In this document: piece by piece, positions 54,360 to 64,000 of the stretch
Layout of the letters: the number at the start of each line of letters is the position of its first letter
How positions within the stretch are numbered: the first letter of the stretch is position 1
NCBI GenBank assembly: GCA_910583745.1
Contig: CAJTZC010000004.1
Span: forward strand, 21,548-85,547
Length of the DNA: 64,000 nucleotides
Source of the DNA: an uncultured Bacilli bacterium
GTDB taxonomy: Bacteria; Bacillota_I; Bacilli_A; RF39; UBA660
Direction: 5' to 3'
Notes under the pieces: model-generated
Told to the model about the DNA's origin: nothing
What the model saw: the letters and a program-made list of their open reading frames with translations, nothing else
Databases searched by the model: none
Program-made: the position numbers and the translations under genes

Positions 54360-56162
54360 CTATTTTGTCAACCTGTATCTATCCTTTGGATCTAGAATAG
54401 ACTTTCTGATTCTTATTGCGTCAGGTGTAACTTCGACGTATTCGTCGTCCTCGATGAACTCGAGAGCTTCTTCGAGAGTAAATGTTCTTGGCGTGACGAG
54501 GTTTATCGCTTCGTCAGCAGATTTGCTTCGCGTATTCGACATCTCTTTGTTTTTGCAAGGATTTACGTTTAAATCGTTGTCGCGATTATGGATTCCGACG
54601 ACCATTCCGACATAGACATCTGTCTGTGGACCCACGATTAATGTTCCGCGTTCTTGCAAGTTGAACAGAGAATAGCCTAAAGTTTTTCCCGTCTCCATAC
54701 TTACTAAAACTCCGTTTTTACGGGTAGTCAGTGCTCCAGCATATGGTTTGTACTCGTCGAAGCTTCTTATCATCGTTCCTTCTCCCTTGGTATTCGTGAT
54801 GAAAGCACTTCTGTAACCGATTAAGCCACGAGTTGGAGCTGAGAATTCCATGTGTGTAAAATTCTCTGAATCGCTGTTCATCAAGAGTAGGAGACCTTTT
54901 CTTTCCTGTAAATCGCTTATAATCGTACTGGCGTAGTCGTTCGGACAATTGACGATGACCGTTTCAAACGGTTCACTTTTTTGTCCGTCTTTCTCTTCGA
55001 AGAGAACTTGAGGTTTGCTGACACACAATTCGTAGCCTTCTCTTCTCATGTTTTCAAGTAATATCGATAGATGGAGCTCTCCACGGCCACTTACTTTGAA
55101 ACCGTCAGCGCCGGTCATCTCTTCGACTTCTAGTCCAACATTCGTCTCTAGTTCACGTGTGAGACGTTCTCTTATGTGTCTAGTGGTCAAAAACTTTCCA
55201 CTTTGTCCTGCGAAAGGACCTGAGTTTACAAGGAAATTCATAGAAAGCGTAGGTCTCTCTATTTCGATTGGTGGAAGTGGGTCTACTGTTCCGTTCGAGC
55301 ACACCGTATCTCCTATTGAGATGTGTGAGCATCCTGCGATGGTTACGATGTCGCCAAAGTAAGCTTCTGATTTTTCTACTCTTCGAATTCCTTCTTCTAC
55401 AAACAGTTTGGACACTCTGAAAGTGGTCACTTCTCCATCATTTTTGACGAGGGTTACGGTCTCTCCATTTTTGATTTTACCTTTTGTTATTCTACCTACT
55501 CCTAAACGACCGATGTAATCGTCGTAGTCGAGGTTCGAAATTTGTAGCTGCAATGGGTCACTTTCGTTTCCCTTGTATGCTTCGCACTGTTTTAGAACTG
55601 TCTCTAAAAGTGGCGCAATCGAATTCGAATCTTCTTCAAGAGAAAGTTTTGCAATTCCGTCGCGAGCCGTTCCATATACTATTGGAAATTCTAGTTGTTC
55701 GTCGGTTGCATTCAATTCGCAGAACAAATCGAAGACCATGTCGACGACTGCTTCTGGTCGTGCATCTTTTTTATCTATTTTGTTTATGAATAATATCGGT
55801 CTCAAATTTTGTTCTAGAGCCTTTTTCAAGACAAATCGAGTCTGAGGCATAGGGCCTTCGGCAGCATCTACAATTAAAACGACAGTATCGACAGTTCTAA
55901 TTACGCGTTCTACTTCACTCGAAAAATCGGCGTGTCCTGGTGTATCCACGATGTTAATTTTGTAATCTTTGTACTTTATCGAACAGTTTTTAGAGTAAAT
56001 TGTAATACCTCTTTCTCTTTCAATATCGTTCGAGTCCATCACACAGTCGACGACGGCTTCGTTATCTCTGAAAACGCCATTTTGGTTTAACAAGGCGTCT
56101 ACGAGCGTACTTTTTCCAGCGTCGACGTGGGCGACAACTGCAATGTTAATAATTTTATCCAT
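54360..56162 (-). CDS. typA: Translational GTPase TypA/BipA
   Basis: G1 [10 protein letters not shown]3 DTPGHADF, 600 aa with EF-G-like domains. Confidence 0.9.
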   Translation of the reverse strand: MDKIINIAVVAHVDAGKSTLVDALLNQNGVFRDNEAVVDCVMDSNDIERERGITIYSKNCSIKYKDYKINIVDTPGHADFSSEVERVIRTVDTVVLIVDAAEGPMPQTRFVLKKALEQNLRPILFINKIDKKDARPEAVVDMVFDLFCELNATDEQLEFPIVYGTARDGIAKLSLEEDSNSIAPLLETVLKQCEAYKGNESDPLQLQISNLDYDDYIGRLGVGRITKGKIKNGETVTLVKNDGEVTTFRVSKLFVEEGIRRVEKSEAYFGDIVTIAGCSHISIGDTVCSNGTVDPLPPIEIERPTLSMNFLVNSGPFAGQSGKFLTTRHIRERLTRELETNVGLEVEEMTGADGFKVSGRGELHLSILLENMRREGYELCVSKPQVLFEEKDGQKSEPFETVIVNCPNDYASTIISDLQERKGLLLLMNSDSENFTHMEFSAPTRGLIGYRSAFITNTKGEGTMIRSFDEYKPYAGALTTRKNGVLVSMETGKTLGYSLFNLQERGTLIVGPQTDVYVGMVVGIHNRDNDLNVNPCKNKEMSNTRSKSADEAINLVTPRTFTLEEALEFIEDDEYVEVTPDAIRIRKSILDPKDRYRLTK

Positions 56163-56331
56163 AGTTATCCAACTTCCTTCGTACTTAATAGATAATAATA
56201 TAAATAAGGTAAAATATCAAGTTTTTTCGGTCTGTAAATGCAAAAAGGATGCTTCGGTTTGACAAATTATGATTCTTTTGAAATGAGCATCTTTCGATTA
56301 GTAAAAAAATCTCATTTTCACATAATGCATT

Positions 56332-56360
56332 AAAAAAGAAGCGACTTATTCATCGACTTC
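56332..56360 (-). terminator. Probable terminator overlapping the cysS stop
   Basis: On the minus strand, the imperfect hairpin GAAGTCGATGAATAAGTCGCTTC is followed by TTTTTT. Confidence 0.4.
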
Positions 56361-57761
56361 TTTCAGCTTATAGATTGTTCCTTCTCTCGTATCGACGATT
56401 TCTATACCACGAGAAGCCAGTTCGTCTCTTATTCCATCGGCTTCGGTAAATTTGTGCTCTTTTTTGAACTCAGCGCGTTTTTCTATCAAGGCCATAATCT
56501 CGTCGTGTTGAGGATGGAGTTCGCCAGCAAATTCGCTGATTAGGTCGAGGCCTAGAACTTTATCGAAACTCCTTATCAGTTTAAGCTTAGTGTATCCGTT
56601 TATAGCTTCGTCTTTCAGTAAATCGTAGAGAACCGTCAAAGCGTTGGCCGTATTTAAATCGTCCTTTAAAGCGGTCATAAATCTATCGTTATAATCGTTG
56701 AAAGCGGAATCTTGGAAATCGCCCTCTTCTTTTATCATCGAGATGCGATTTAACAGTTTTAAGTACGCCGTCTCGCTCGATTTTAGAGAATCGAATGTGA
56801 ACTCAAGTATCTTTCTATAATGACTGTTTAAGCACATATAACGGTAGGATAGCGGTTTGAATCCCTCTTCTTTTAAGGTAGAAACTGTGATGATGTTCCC
56901 TTGGCTCTTGCTCATCTTAGCATCTTTGACATTCAAGTGTTGCGCATGGAACCAGTAGTTGCACCACTTGTGACCGAGATAACTCTCTGACTGTGCAATT
57001 TCGTTTGTGTGGTGAGGGAAGATGTTATCGATTCCTCCACAGTGGATATCGAGGTATTCCCCTAGGTTTTTGATACAAATACCTGTACATTCGATGTGCC
57101 AGCCTGGGTAACCGACGCCAAAAGGGCTGTTCCACTTGAGCTCTTGGTCTTCAAATTTGCTCTTTGTAAACCACAGCACAAAGTCGCCTTGGTTTCTCTT
57201 ACCCGTATCTTCTTCGACCCCGTCGCGAACTCCGACGACCATTTCGTCTGCTTTGTGATTCGTCAGTTTGTAATAGTCCTCTAACCTGGTGATATCGAAG
57301 TAAATGTTTCCATTGGATTCGTAAGCATAGCCTTTTTCTAAGAGAGTTTGGATTATCTCTATATAGAAATCGATGTTGCTCGTCGCTTTGGAGATGACAT
57401 CCGGTTTTCTTATGTTTAAATCTTCGCAGTCTTTAAAGAAGGCTTCGGTGTAAAAATCGGCTATCTCTAAGACGGTCTTGTGTTCTTTTTGTGCACTGTC
57501 GACCATTTTATCCGTTCCCGAGTCTGAATCACTTGTGAGGTGGCCTACATCTGTTATATTCATCGCCCTTTGTACATAGTAGCCTGTGTATTTGAGTGCT
57601 TTCTCTAAGACGTCTTCTGAAATATAAGTTCTCAAGTTTCCTATGTGAGCATAGTGGTAGACTGTCGGTCCACAGGTATACATTTTGACGACCTCTGGCG
57701 TATGAGGGATAAATTCCTCTATTTTATGAGTCAATGTGTTGTATAACTCCATAATAGTCAC
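56346..57761 (-). CDS. cysS: Cysteine--tRNA ligase
   Basis: HIGN and KMSKS class I signatures; CGPTVY...HIGN is typical of CysRS. Confidence 0.9.
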   Translation of the reverse strand: MTIMELYNTLTHKIEEFIPHTPEVVKMYTCGPTVYHYAHIGNLRTYISEDVLEKALKYTGYYVQRAMNITDVGHLTSDSDSGTDKMVDSAQKEHKTVLEIADFYTEAFFKDCEDLNIRKPDVISKATSNIDFYIEIIQTLLEKGYAYESNGNIYFDITRLEDYYKLTNHKADEMVVGVRDGVEEDTGKRNQGDFVLWFTKSKFEDQELKWNSPFGVGYPGWHIECTGICIKNLGEYLDIHCGGIDNIFPHHTNEIAQSESYLGHKWCNYWFHAQHLNVKDAKMSKSQGNIITVSTLKEEGFKPLSYRYMCLNSHYRKILEFTFDSLKSSETAYLKLLNRISMIKEEGDFQDSAFNDYNDRFMTALKDDLNTANALTVLYDLLKDEAINGYTKLKLIRSFDKVLGLDLISEFAGELHPQHDEIMALIEKRAEFKKEHKFTEADGIRDELASRGIEIVDTREGTIYKLKEVDE

Positions 57762-57804
57762 TTCCTTTTATACTTAAAGTTTACCATAAAACGGTTCTCT
57801 TTTA

Positions 57805-59931
57805 CTACACTTTTGTTAAAAGTTTATTTATTTTGTATTTATTTAATTCCTTTTGAACCCCGCGTAGTCCCTCTGTATCGATTTTGGCATTCTCTATAAT
57901 TTGGTCGACTTCGGTTTTGGTCAATTTTAGATTTGTCGATTCTCTTTTTATGTATTTTCTCGCGGCGTCAGAACCGATTTTTTCCAATTTGACGGTCTTT
58001 TCAATTCTATCTTGCAACTCTCTCATCAGGATGTTTTCCTCTATTTTCGAGTCATTAGAGAATCCAATCGAGGTACTTATTTCGGCATTGGAAGTCATGA
58101 TAATTGTAGAATTCTCGAAATGTAAAGTTTCTCCTTTGCTATTTCGAATATTTCCATTTTCTAAAATTTCTGCGAAGAGCTTTTGTATTTTTTTGGAAGC
58201 TTTTTCTACTTCGTCGAGTAAGATGATTGAATAAGGATAGTCTTTAATTTTGGATAGAAGTGCCTCGTCGTCGTATCCGACATATCCTTGTGCGGTTCCT
58301 AAAAGTTTGTTTAGTGCGCCATCTCCTGAGAGTTCGCTCATGTCGAGTCGTAGGAATTGTTTGGTTCCGAAGAGATGCGTCGCGATTTCTTTGGCTAGGA
58401 TTGTCTTTCCACAGCCTTTTGGACCACATAATAAGATGGAAAGTGGCATTGAGTTGTCCACCAAATATTTTTCTTTCAGGGAATCACATATTTCTTTAAT
58501 TGCTTCATCTTGCCCATAGATGTGTTTTTTTAGGACACTCGGAAGTTTGATGATGTTTTCGTTGAATGTATCTAAGACTGGCATGTTTGCGCGGTATTCG
58601 ACGATTTTGAGGATGTCTTTCGACGTAATCTGTATCCGTTTGGAATTTTCCTCTAGGTCTTTAATCTTCAATTCGGTCTCGAGTGCTTCTTTGTACTTTT
58701 TGTTCGAGAGGAATTTTTCTTTCTTTTTGTTCAATTCTGAAAGGCAATTCGTCTTGCTAGGTCTCGTCATCTGGACGTGTGCACATACAGAATCGAGAAT
58801 GTCTATCGATTTGTCAGGATTGTAACGGTTGAAAATATACTTGTCGGCGTATTTGATTATGTCTTTGATGTTTTCGTCGGATACGATGACATTGTGATGT
58901 TTCTCATAGTTCGTACGAATATTTTTTAGTATGAATTCTGTGTCTTTGAGTGAGGGTTCTTCGACGTTTATAATTTGAAATCTTCTGTCTAGGGCTTTGT
59001 CTTTATAAATCGTCGATTTGTATTCTTTTAGAGTCGTCGCTCCGATGACTTTGAGTTCTCCTCTTGCTAGGTATGGTTTGAGGATGTTTGCAGCGTCGAC
59101 TGCCCCTTCGGCCCCTCCACAGTTGACGAGAGTGTGGATTTCATCGATGAAGAGTATCGTCTTTTTGTCTGTGATGGCTTCTTTTATTATTTTGTTTAAG
59201 CGGTCTTCAAATTCTCCTCTGTAACGGGTACCCGAGATGAGGCTTCCTGTATCCATCTCTATGATTTTGTAACCTAAGAGCGCGTCTGGGACTTGTTCGG
59301 TCTCTATCATTCTTGCAAATTCTTCTACGATGGCTGTCTTTCCTACTCCTGCTTCACCGAGAAGTAAGGGATTGTTTTTATTTTTTCTCAGCAATATCTC
59401 TATCAAGTTGTTGAGTTCTTCTTCTCTTTTGTAGATGTGCTCGTCCACTTTGGCCGTGATAGGTTTTCCAATCTCGTAGAGCAGTGAATTTTTTTTCTTT
59501 TTGACTTGGTTACCACTTTTGACTATGTCACTGTAAATGCCCTCTAAGTTGATATCCATATTTAGTAGAATCCTGATGCCGACGCCTTCTCCTTCTTCCA
59601 ACATGCTTATCAAGAGATGTTCAGGGCGAACTGTCTTTTCTTCTGATTCGTTCGCCTCTTCGATTGCATCGGAAATGATTCTCTTTAAGAGTGGCGTGTA
59701 GAGTGCGAGTTCGCTCTTTTTTCGTGAAGTTCCGACGACATTGATCAGTTCTTGTCTGAAGATGTCGTAGGTCAAATCATATGTCTTTAATAGCTCTTTT
59801 AAGTTTTCACTTATCTTCAAAATACCTAAGAGCATGTGTTCACTTCCGACATAGGGATGGTGAAGTTCGAACATCTCATTCTCTGCTTCTTTGAGTATTT
59901 TTTTGACTTCTAAATTGAAATTGTTTTTCAT
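57805..59931 (-). CDS. ATP-dependent Clp protease ATP-binding subunit (ClpC-like, two AAA+ modules)
   Basis: Clp_N-like N-terminus, Walker A GEAGVGKTAIVE and a second Walker A GPKGCGKT. Confidence 0.8.
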   Translation of the reverse strand: MKNNFNLEVKKILKEAENEMFELHHPYVGSEHMLLGILKISENLKELLKTYDLTYDIFRQELINVVGTSRKKSELALYTPLLKRIISDAIEEANESEEKTVRPEHLLISMLEEGEGVGIRILLNMDINLEGIYSDIVKSGNQVKKKKNSLLYEIGKPITAKVDEHIYKREEELNNLIEILLRKNKNNPLLLGEAGVGKTAIVEEFARMIETEQVPDALLGYKIIEMDTGSLISGTRYRGEFEDRLNKIIKEAITDKKTILFIDEIHTLVNCGGAEGAVDAANILKPYLARGELKVIGATTLKEYKSTIYKDKALDRRFQIINVEEPSLKDTEFILKNIRTNYEKHHNVIVSDENIKDIIKYADKYIFNRYNPDKSIDILDSVCAHVQMTRPSKTNCLSELNKKKEKFLSNKKYKEALETELKIKDLEENSKRIQITSKDILKIVEYRANMPVLDTFNENIIKLPSVLKKHIYGQDEAIKEICDSLKEKYLVDNSMPLSILLCGPKGCGKTILAKEIATHLFGTKQFLRLDMSELSGDGALNKLLGTAQGYVGYDDEALLSKIKDYPYSIILLDEVEKASKKIQKLFAEILENGNIRNSKGETLHFENSTIIMTSNAEISTSIGFSNDSKIEENILMRELQDRIEKTVKLEKIGSDAARKYIKRESTNLKLTKTEVDQIIENAKIDTEGLRGVQKELNKYKINKLLTKV

Positions 59932-60020
59932 AGCTTTTCTCCTTTACTGTACTATTTTATTAAATGTTCTATGAAAAATTAGTCTTATTTTGTAAGTAAA
60001 GTGAATATTATTTAAAAGAG

Positions 60021-60410
60021 GTGAAAGAAATGAATGGTACATATTATAAAAACCCCACATTTCCGGGGGCTGAAGGGAATATTCCCGAGATGAACAACTA
60101 TACGTCAACCATCGAACAACCGAATGTGTCAATGCCAGAAAATTTGCCAAATTTGCCAATGGAACAGAGTTATATAGAAAATATTTTGCGTTTGAATAAG
60201 GGGCGTCGTGCGAAGACGTATATCTCTTTTCCGGATTCGGTCAACTGGAAGGATAAGATTTTTGATGGCATCATCGAACAGGCTGGTCGCGACCATTTGG
60301 TGATGAGTTTGGACGATGGAAAATGGATTTTGGTTCCTATGATTTATTTGGATTATGTAGAATTTAACGAAAAGATTGTCTATAGACCAAGCGAACTTAA
60401 GAATAATTAG
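60021..60410 (+). CDS. Small protein resembling spore coat protein GerQ (tentative)
   Basis: YIENILRLNKG ... AGRDH ... LVPMIYLDY is recalled as GerQ-like. This is not verified. Confidence 0.3.
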   Translation: MKEMNGTYYKNPTFPGAEGNIPEMNNYTSTIEQPNVSMPENLPNLPMEQSYIENILRLNKGRRAKTYISFPDSVNWKDKIFDGIIEQAGRDHLVMSLDDGKWILVPMIYLDYVEFNEKIVYRPSELKNN

Positions 60411-60448
60411 TAAGAAAATGAAAAATAAGATTTCGAATAATGGAAATC

Positions 60449-62032
60449 TTATTTTATTTTTATAGTATACATTTTGTTTCGCACGGTCATTATTAGTTCG
60501 ACACTTTTTGCTTTGGCGACATGTTCATCGACGGATAGGACATAGCTATCTGTCATCGACGCGGGCGTCATATCCGTGACAGGCGCTATCTTATTGTCGA
60601 ATTTTATCTGTGCGAAGGCATCGAAGAATGACATCGACGTCTTAGAATTTTTCGAAAATGGGGATGTTTTGTCGATTTTTAAATTGCCATAGAGGACTAG
60701 CAAGGTCTTCGCTTTTGCTACTTCTGCAGTGACGACATCGGTCTTATCTGTACAGTTCGTCCTTATGCAAGCCTCGTATTTGTATGTCACTTTGTTCCTA
60801 AATTCGAACGAGTCTATCGTCAATGCGCTGTTATTTAGTATGGAATCGTACATTTCGACGGTGTCTTGTAATTTGAATTGACCAGCGTCTTCAATTTCGC
60901 TGTATTTTGTCGGTTTGAGTGAAATGTTTTTGTGTTTTGAATTCATCGTACCGGCTTTGTACTCTATGCTATCTATTATTCTCAAGGTGTATTTTTTCTC
61001 TACATCTTTCTTATCGAGTTCATATACTAAGATGTAGGTTGCCGTTTTGCCATTTAAGATTTTCTCTTTTGAATATCCTGGACCGAAATCTATGAAGTGG
61101 ATACTTCTCGATGGTGTTGGATATACTTTTCCGGATTTCGTCAAAAGTTCGTAGTTCTTTAATTCTAGTACGGTCGATTTCCCTGATTCGTTTTTAAAGG
61201 TAATATTGACGATTAGGAAGTATTTTCCCTCGGCAATTTCGTTGCCGTTATAGTCCATATTCGTGATGTAGGAATTGTTGACTTGTAAGGTTAAGTCGTT
61301 GGCGTTTACTCTTTGATTTTTACCGTATACTCTGTTATAAACTGTGAAATTTAAAATGGTCAATATGAGGAAAACTCCGCAGGCTAAACTCGTCAACACG
61401 GTAAACATGAATTTGTTCTCTAAGATGTAGTATTTAAATTCTCGTACTCTTCTTCGCAGGAAACGGAAGTATTTGTAGGAATCGACTCCGAGGACGAATT
61501 CGAATTCTTCGTTATCTTCTTCGTGGATATCCAGTTCTTTTAGGTCCTTGGAAAAGTTAAACTTCTTAATGTCGAAGCCGAAGCCTCGTATTGCACTGAA
61601 AACGAGGAGCGCAATCTGTGGCAGTACGATGAGGAGCGTCAAGTCTCTTATGACCATCGCATTTCTTATCGTCAGCTGTTGGGTTTCCATCGATTTGAAC
61701 AATACAAAGTATAAAATCATTCCTATAAAATATAGAATGTAATAGGTGCTCAAGCCGATATAAAGATTTTTGGGCTTATCTTTCTTCTTCATCAGCATGA
61801 ACATCGCTAAGGAGAAGGCTATGATGATGATGGCTATCAGGAACATGAACACGGTTATGTAATTGCTCGGTATTGCGTCACTTAAGGTTGCATATACATT
61901 ATCGACGTATCTATTGAAGAAACTGTACAGGTTGTAGGTCCTAAATATTAAATAACCGATTAGTACCGTGAGTACCAAGTGAATAATTCTAAAGTTTTTG
62001 ATTAGAAATGCATAGGGTTTTTTTAATATCAC
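60449..62032 (-). CDS. Polytopic membrane protein (527 aa) with a C-terminal extracytoplasmic domain
   Basis: About six N-terminal TM helices. Confidence 0.5.
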   Translation of the reverse strand: MILKKPYAFLIKNFRIIHLVLTVLIGYLIFRTYNLYSFFNRYVDNVYATLSDAIPSNYITVFMFLIAIIIIAFSLAMFMLMKKKDKPKNLYIGLSTYYILYFIGMILYFVLFKSMETQQLTIRNAMVIRDLTLLIVLPQIALLVFSAIRGFGFDIKKFNFSKDLKELDIHEEDNEEFEFVLGVDSYKYFRFLRRRVREFKYYILENKFMFTVLTSLACGVFLILTILNFTVYNRVYGKNQRVNANDLTLQVNNSYITNMDYNGNEIAEGKYFLIVNITFKNESGKSTVLELKNYELLTKSGKVYPTPSRSIHFIDFGPGYSKEKILNGKTATYILVYELDKKDVEKKYTLRIIDSIEYKAGTMNSKHKNISLKPTKYSEIEDAGQFKLQDTVEMYDSILNNSALTIDSFEFRNKVTYKYEACIRTNCTDKTDVVTAEVAKAKTLLVLYGNLKIDKTSPFSKNSKTSMSFFDAFAQIKFDNKIAPVTDMTPASMTDSYVLSVDEHVAKAKSVELIMTVRNKMYTIKIK

Positions 62033-62160
62033 ACTTATTCACTCCATTTCATAGTATCATTATATATTATAAGCGTTCAAAAGTAAATATGGGATAGAAA
62101 TTAATGGCCGATTTTCTTAAAAAAATATACCAGAGTGGCTACTGGTAATATTTAAAGTTT

Positions 62161-63204
62161 TTATTTGTCGTTTTGGATTTCGACTACTGAAGCCGTACTC
62201 AGCGATTCTGCAATAGTCATCATCTCTTCTTGTGTCAAATAGGAACTCGTTATGTAGTAGGAAACATCTCCGGATTGCCATTCTAGCGAGTTGGAACCGA
62301 GTACTGCGACACCCATACTTAGAAATAGTGGGTCTCCGTATACGCTTGTGACTTCCATCTCTTTGTTTGCTTTGGCTGTCTCTTCGATAATCATGAACGG
62401 CTTGGCTCCGGCATATGTGATTATCGCTCTATCTCCATTGTCTGTTTCGACCATGTCTTTTGTGGATAGGTGTGTGTCCTCTGGAAGGTAAAGTGGATAG
62501 ATGATGTCTTTAATCGAACTCGTCTCTTTCGAATCGTCTGTGTCTTTGCATTTTGGGTCTGTCGAGTTCTCTTCACAAGATGTCGTGATTAAGGAATCGA
62601 GACTAAAGTTGGTGTCATCGAATTTGACGGAGTATTTTATAGAGTTGAATTTCATTCTTATAATTGCGTTTCCATCTTTGTTTAGAACTTGTACTTCTCT
62701 TAAATTGCCATCTTTATCAAAGTAGATTTTTTCTGTTTTGAGTTTTCCATTATTGGGATAATTGACGTTTGCATTGACTATATAGTAGTCATCGTTTTCA
62801 TCTACGACTGGGTTTTCTGTCGATTTTATGTCGTTTAGTAGGGATTTTAGTAGGTAACTTTGGCTACTGTTGTCTGGCCATTCGCTTTGGAATTTGAAAC
62901 TCTTATTTAACGCGGGAGTGACTACATATACGGAATTACCATCTTTTAAGATGACTTGTTCGTGGTTATTGGTCTTGTTTAAAAGTTTGACTTTATAGAA
63001 GTTGTCATATTTGTAGTCGACGTTGACATCATAGCTAAAGGTCTCCTCATTGCTTACGATTTCCATGACTCCTATCGCTTGATAACTTTTGGTGCTGTTG
63101 ATTTTTTGCTCGAATTTTTCGATAATATTTGTCGATTTTGCTTTTCCACATCCACACATTACTACCAGTGTCAGCATAATTAGTAAAATCTTTAACTTTT
63201 TCAT
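62161..63204 (-). CDS. Lipoprotein (347 aa)
   Basis: Signal peptide with the lipobox LVVMCGC. Confidence 0.55.
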   Translation of the reverse strand: MKKLKILLIMLTLVVMCGCGKAKSTNIIEKFEQKINSTKSYQAIGVMEIVSNEETFSYDVNVDYKYDNFYKVKLLNKTNNHEQVILKDGNSVYVVTPALNKSFKFQSEWPDNSSQSYLLKSLLNDIKSTENPVVDENDDYYIVNANVNYPNNGKLKTEKIYFDKDGNLREVQVLNKDGNAIIRMKFNSIKYSVKFDDTNFSLDSLITTSCEENSTDPKCKDTDDSKETSSIKDIIYPLYLPEDTHLSTKDMVETDNGDRAIITYAGAKPFMIIEETAKANKEMEVTSVYGDPLFLSMGVAVLGSNSLEWQSGDVSYYITSSYLTQEEMMTIAESLSTASVVEIQNDK

Positions 63205-63261
63205 AAAAACTTCCTTTCTAAATAATTATATTTTTGTCGAGAAGTTTTAGTATAAAAAAGT

Positions 63262-63999
63262 TCATTTTGTTGAATATTGTCTTTTGAAAAGGTCGCGTTT
63301 GGAGTAAATGTAGGTTGTGAGGAAGATGATTAGGCCTATTACTATATATATTAGGGCTTGTGCGTGGATGCCACTTAGGAATTTTTTATCTAGGATGGAA
63401 TGTAGAACTGCGTAGGTAGGAGCGGCGAGCCATTTTTTTATGTTACTCGCGAGGATGATGCTTCCGATGAGCGACAGGAGCGTTCCGATTATTGTGGAGA
63501 GGCCTAGAATGAGCAGGGATTTTTTGAGATTACGCAGGAGGATGAGTGTAATTAGAAATATGATGAATAGACCTATGTTTATCATGAGGAATATCGCGCC
63601 ATTTGAGATGAAGTTATTTATCGAACGGATTTTTACTATCGTGTCGTATTCGATGTCGATTTTTTTATTTAATGTTTGGACTAATGTCTTCGCATAGGAG
63701 ATTTCTCCTTCGGGAAGGCTGTTGTAATCGACTGTCTGTATACTCGGGTAGCTTCGTTTATAGAAGACATAGTCTATGTAGTTATCGACGTATTCCAAGA
63801 GTACGGCTCGCGTCTCTTTGCTGACTGTTTTTTCCTCTAAAGCGGAGTCTAAAATGGCTTCCCGGTCGATGTAATCGGGAACTCTTTGGGGACTTTTGTG
63901 GAAGCATGTGAATGAAAATTGGACGATGATTCCAAAAGTCATACATAAAAATAAAAGAGAAGTCAATATACTTCTCAAAATTTTAAATAAAGTTTTCAT
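63262..63999 (-). CDS. Membrane protein (245 aa)
   Basis: Multiple TM helices. Confidence 0.5.
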   Translation of the reverse strand: MKTLFKILRSILTSLLFLCMTFGIIVQFSFTCFHKSPQRVPDYIDREAILDSALEEKTVSKETRAVLLEYVDNYIDYVFYKRSYPSIQTVDYNSLPEGEISYAKTLVQTLNKKIDIEYDTIVKIRSINNFISNGAIFLMINIGLFIIFLITLILLRNLKKSLLILGLSTIIGTLLSLIGSIILASNIKKWLAAPTYAVLHSILDKKFLSGIHAQALIYIVIGLIIFLTTYIYSKRDLFKRQYSTK

Positions 64000-64000
64000 A

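Noticed and set aside
57762-57804. T-box leader upstream of cysS
   Set aside because: Only 43 bp separate the clpC-like stop from the cysS start. There is no room for a T-box riboswitch, and the genes are probably co-transcribed.
60021-60410. Confident GerQ annotation
   Set aside because: The match rests on a recalled motif only; it needs a profile search.

Overview
This window is low-GC Firmicutes-like chromosome carrying a roughly 39.7-kb temperate siphovirus-type prophage at about 11.3-51.0 kb. The prophage sits in the 3' end of a minus-strand tRNA-Ala(UGC). A 24-bp core, CATTCTGGTGGAGGATGTGGGATT, is duplicated exactly at 11323-11346 and 51017-51040. Host genes lie on both sides. On the left are asnB, a thioredoxin-like membrane protein, an HExxH protein and a 1676-aa repeat-rich surface protein. 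On the right are rpoZ, a radical SAM protein, typA, cysS, a ClpC-like ATPase, a GerQ-like protein and membrane proteins or lipoproteins. The prophage gene order is classical. The lysogeny switch has a tyrosine integrase, a CI-like S24 repressor and divergent cro with three TTAACA-N3-TGTTAA operators. The replication and recombination genes include a DnaD-like initiator, a DnaB-like helicase, a PD-(D/E)XK nuclease, SSB and HNH and GIY-YIG homing endonucleases. An SPFH (band-7) membrane protein is preceded by a 32-aa prepilin-like peptide. Two phage tRNA genes follow: a canonical tRNA-Gln and a non-canonical tRNA-like gene. The late region has a collagen-like protein, terS and terL, portal, head genes, a tail with a G/GT -1 frameshift chaperone pair, and a tape measure. 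The lysis cassette is XhlA-holin-CHAP endolysin. The left end carries a self-contained module (own promoter, own terminator) encoding a Panacea-domain (PanA-like) protein and an overlapping unknown 183-aa partner. This is the best candidate for an undescribed toxin-antitoxin or abortive-infection system. Tandem TGTTACGTAA repeats mark both prophage arms. All functional calls come from motif recognition and gene context only; no searches were run.
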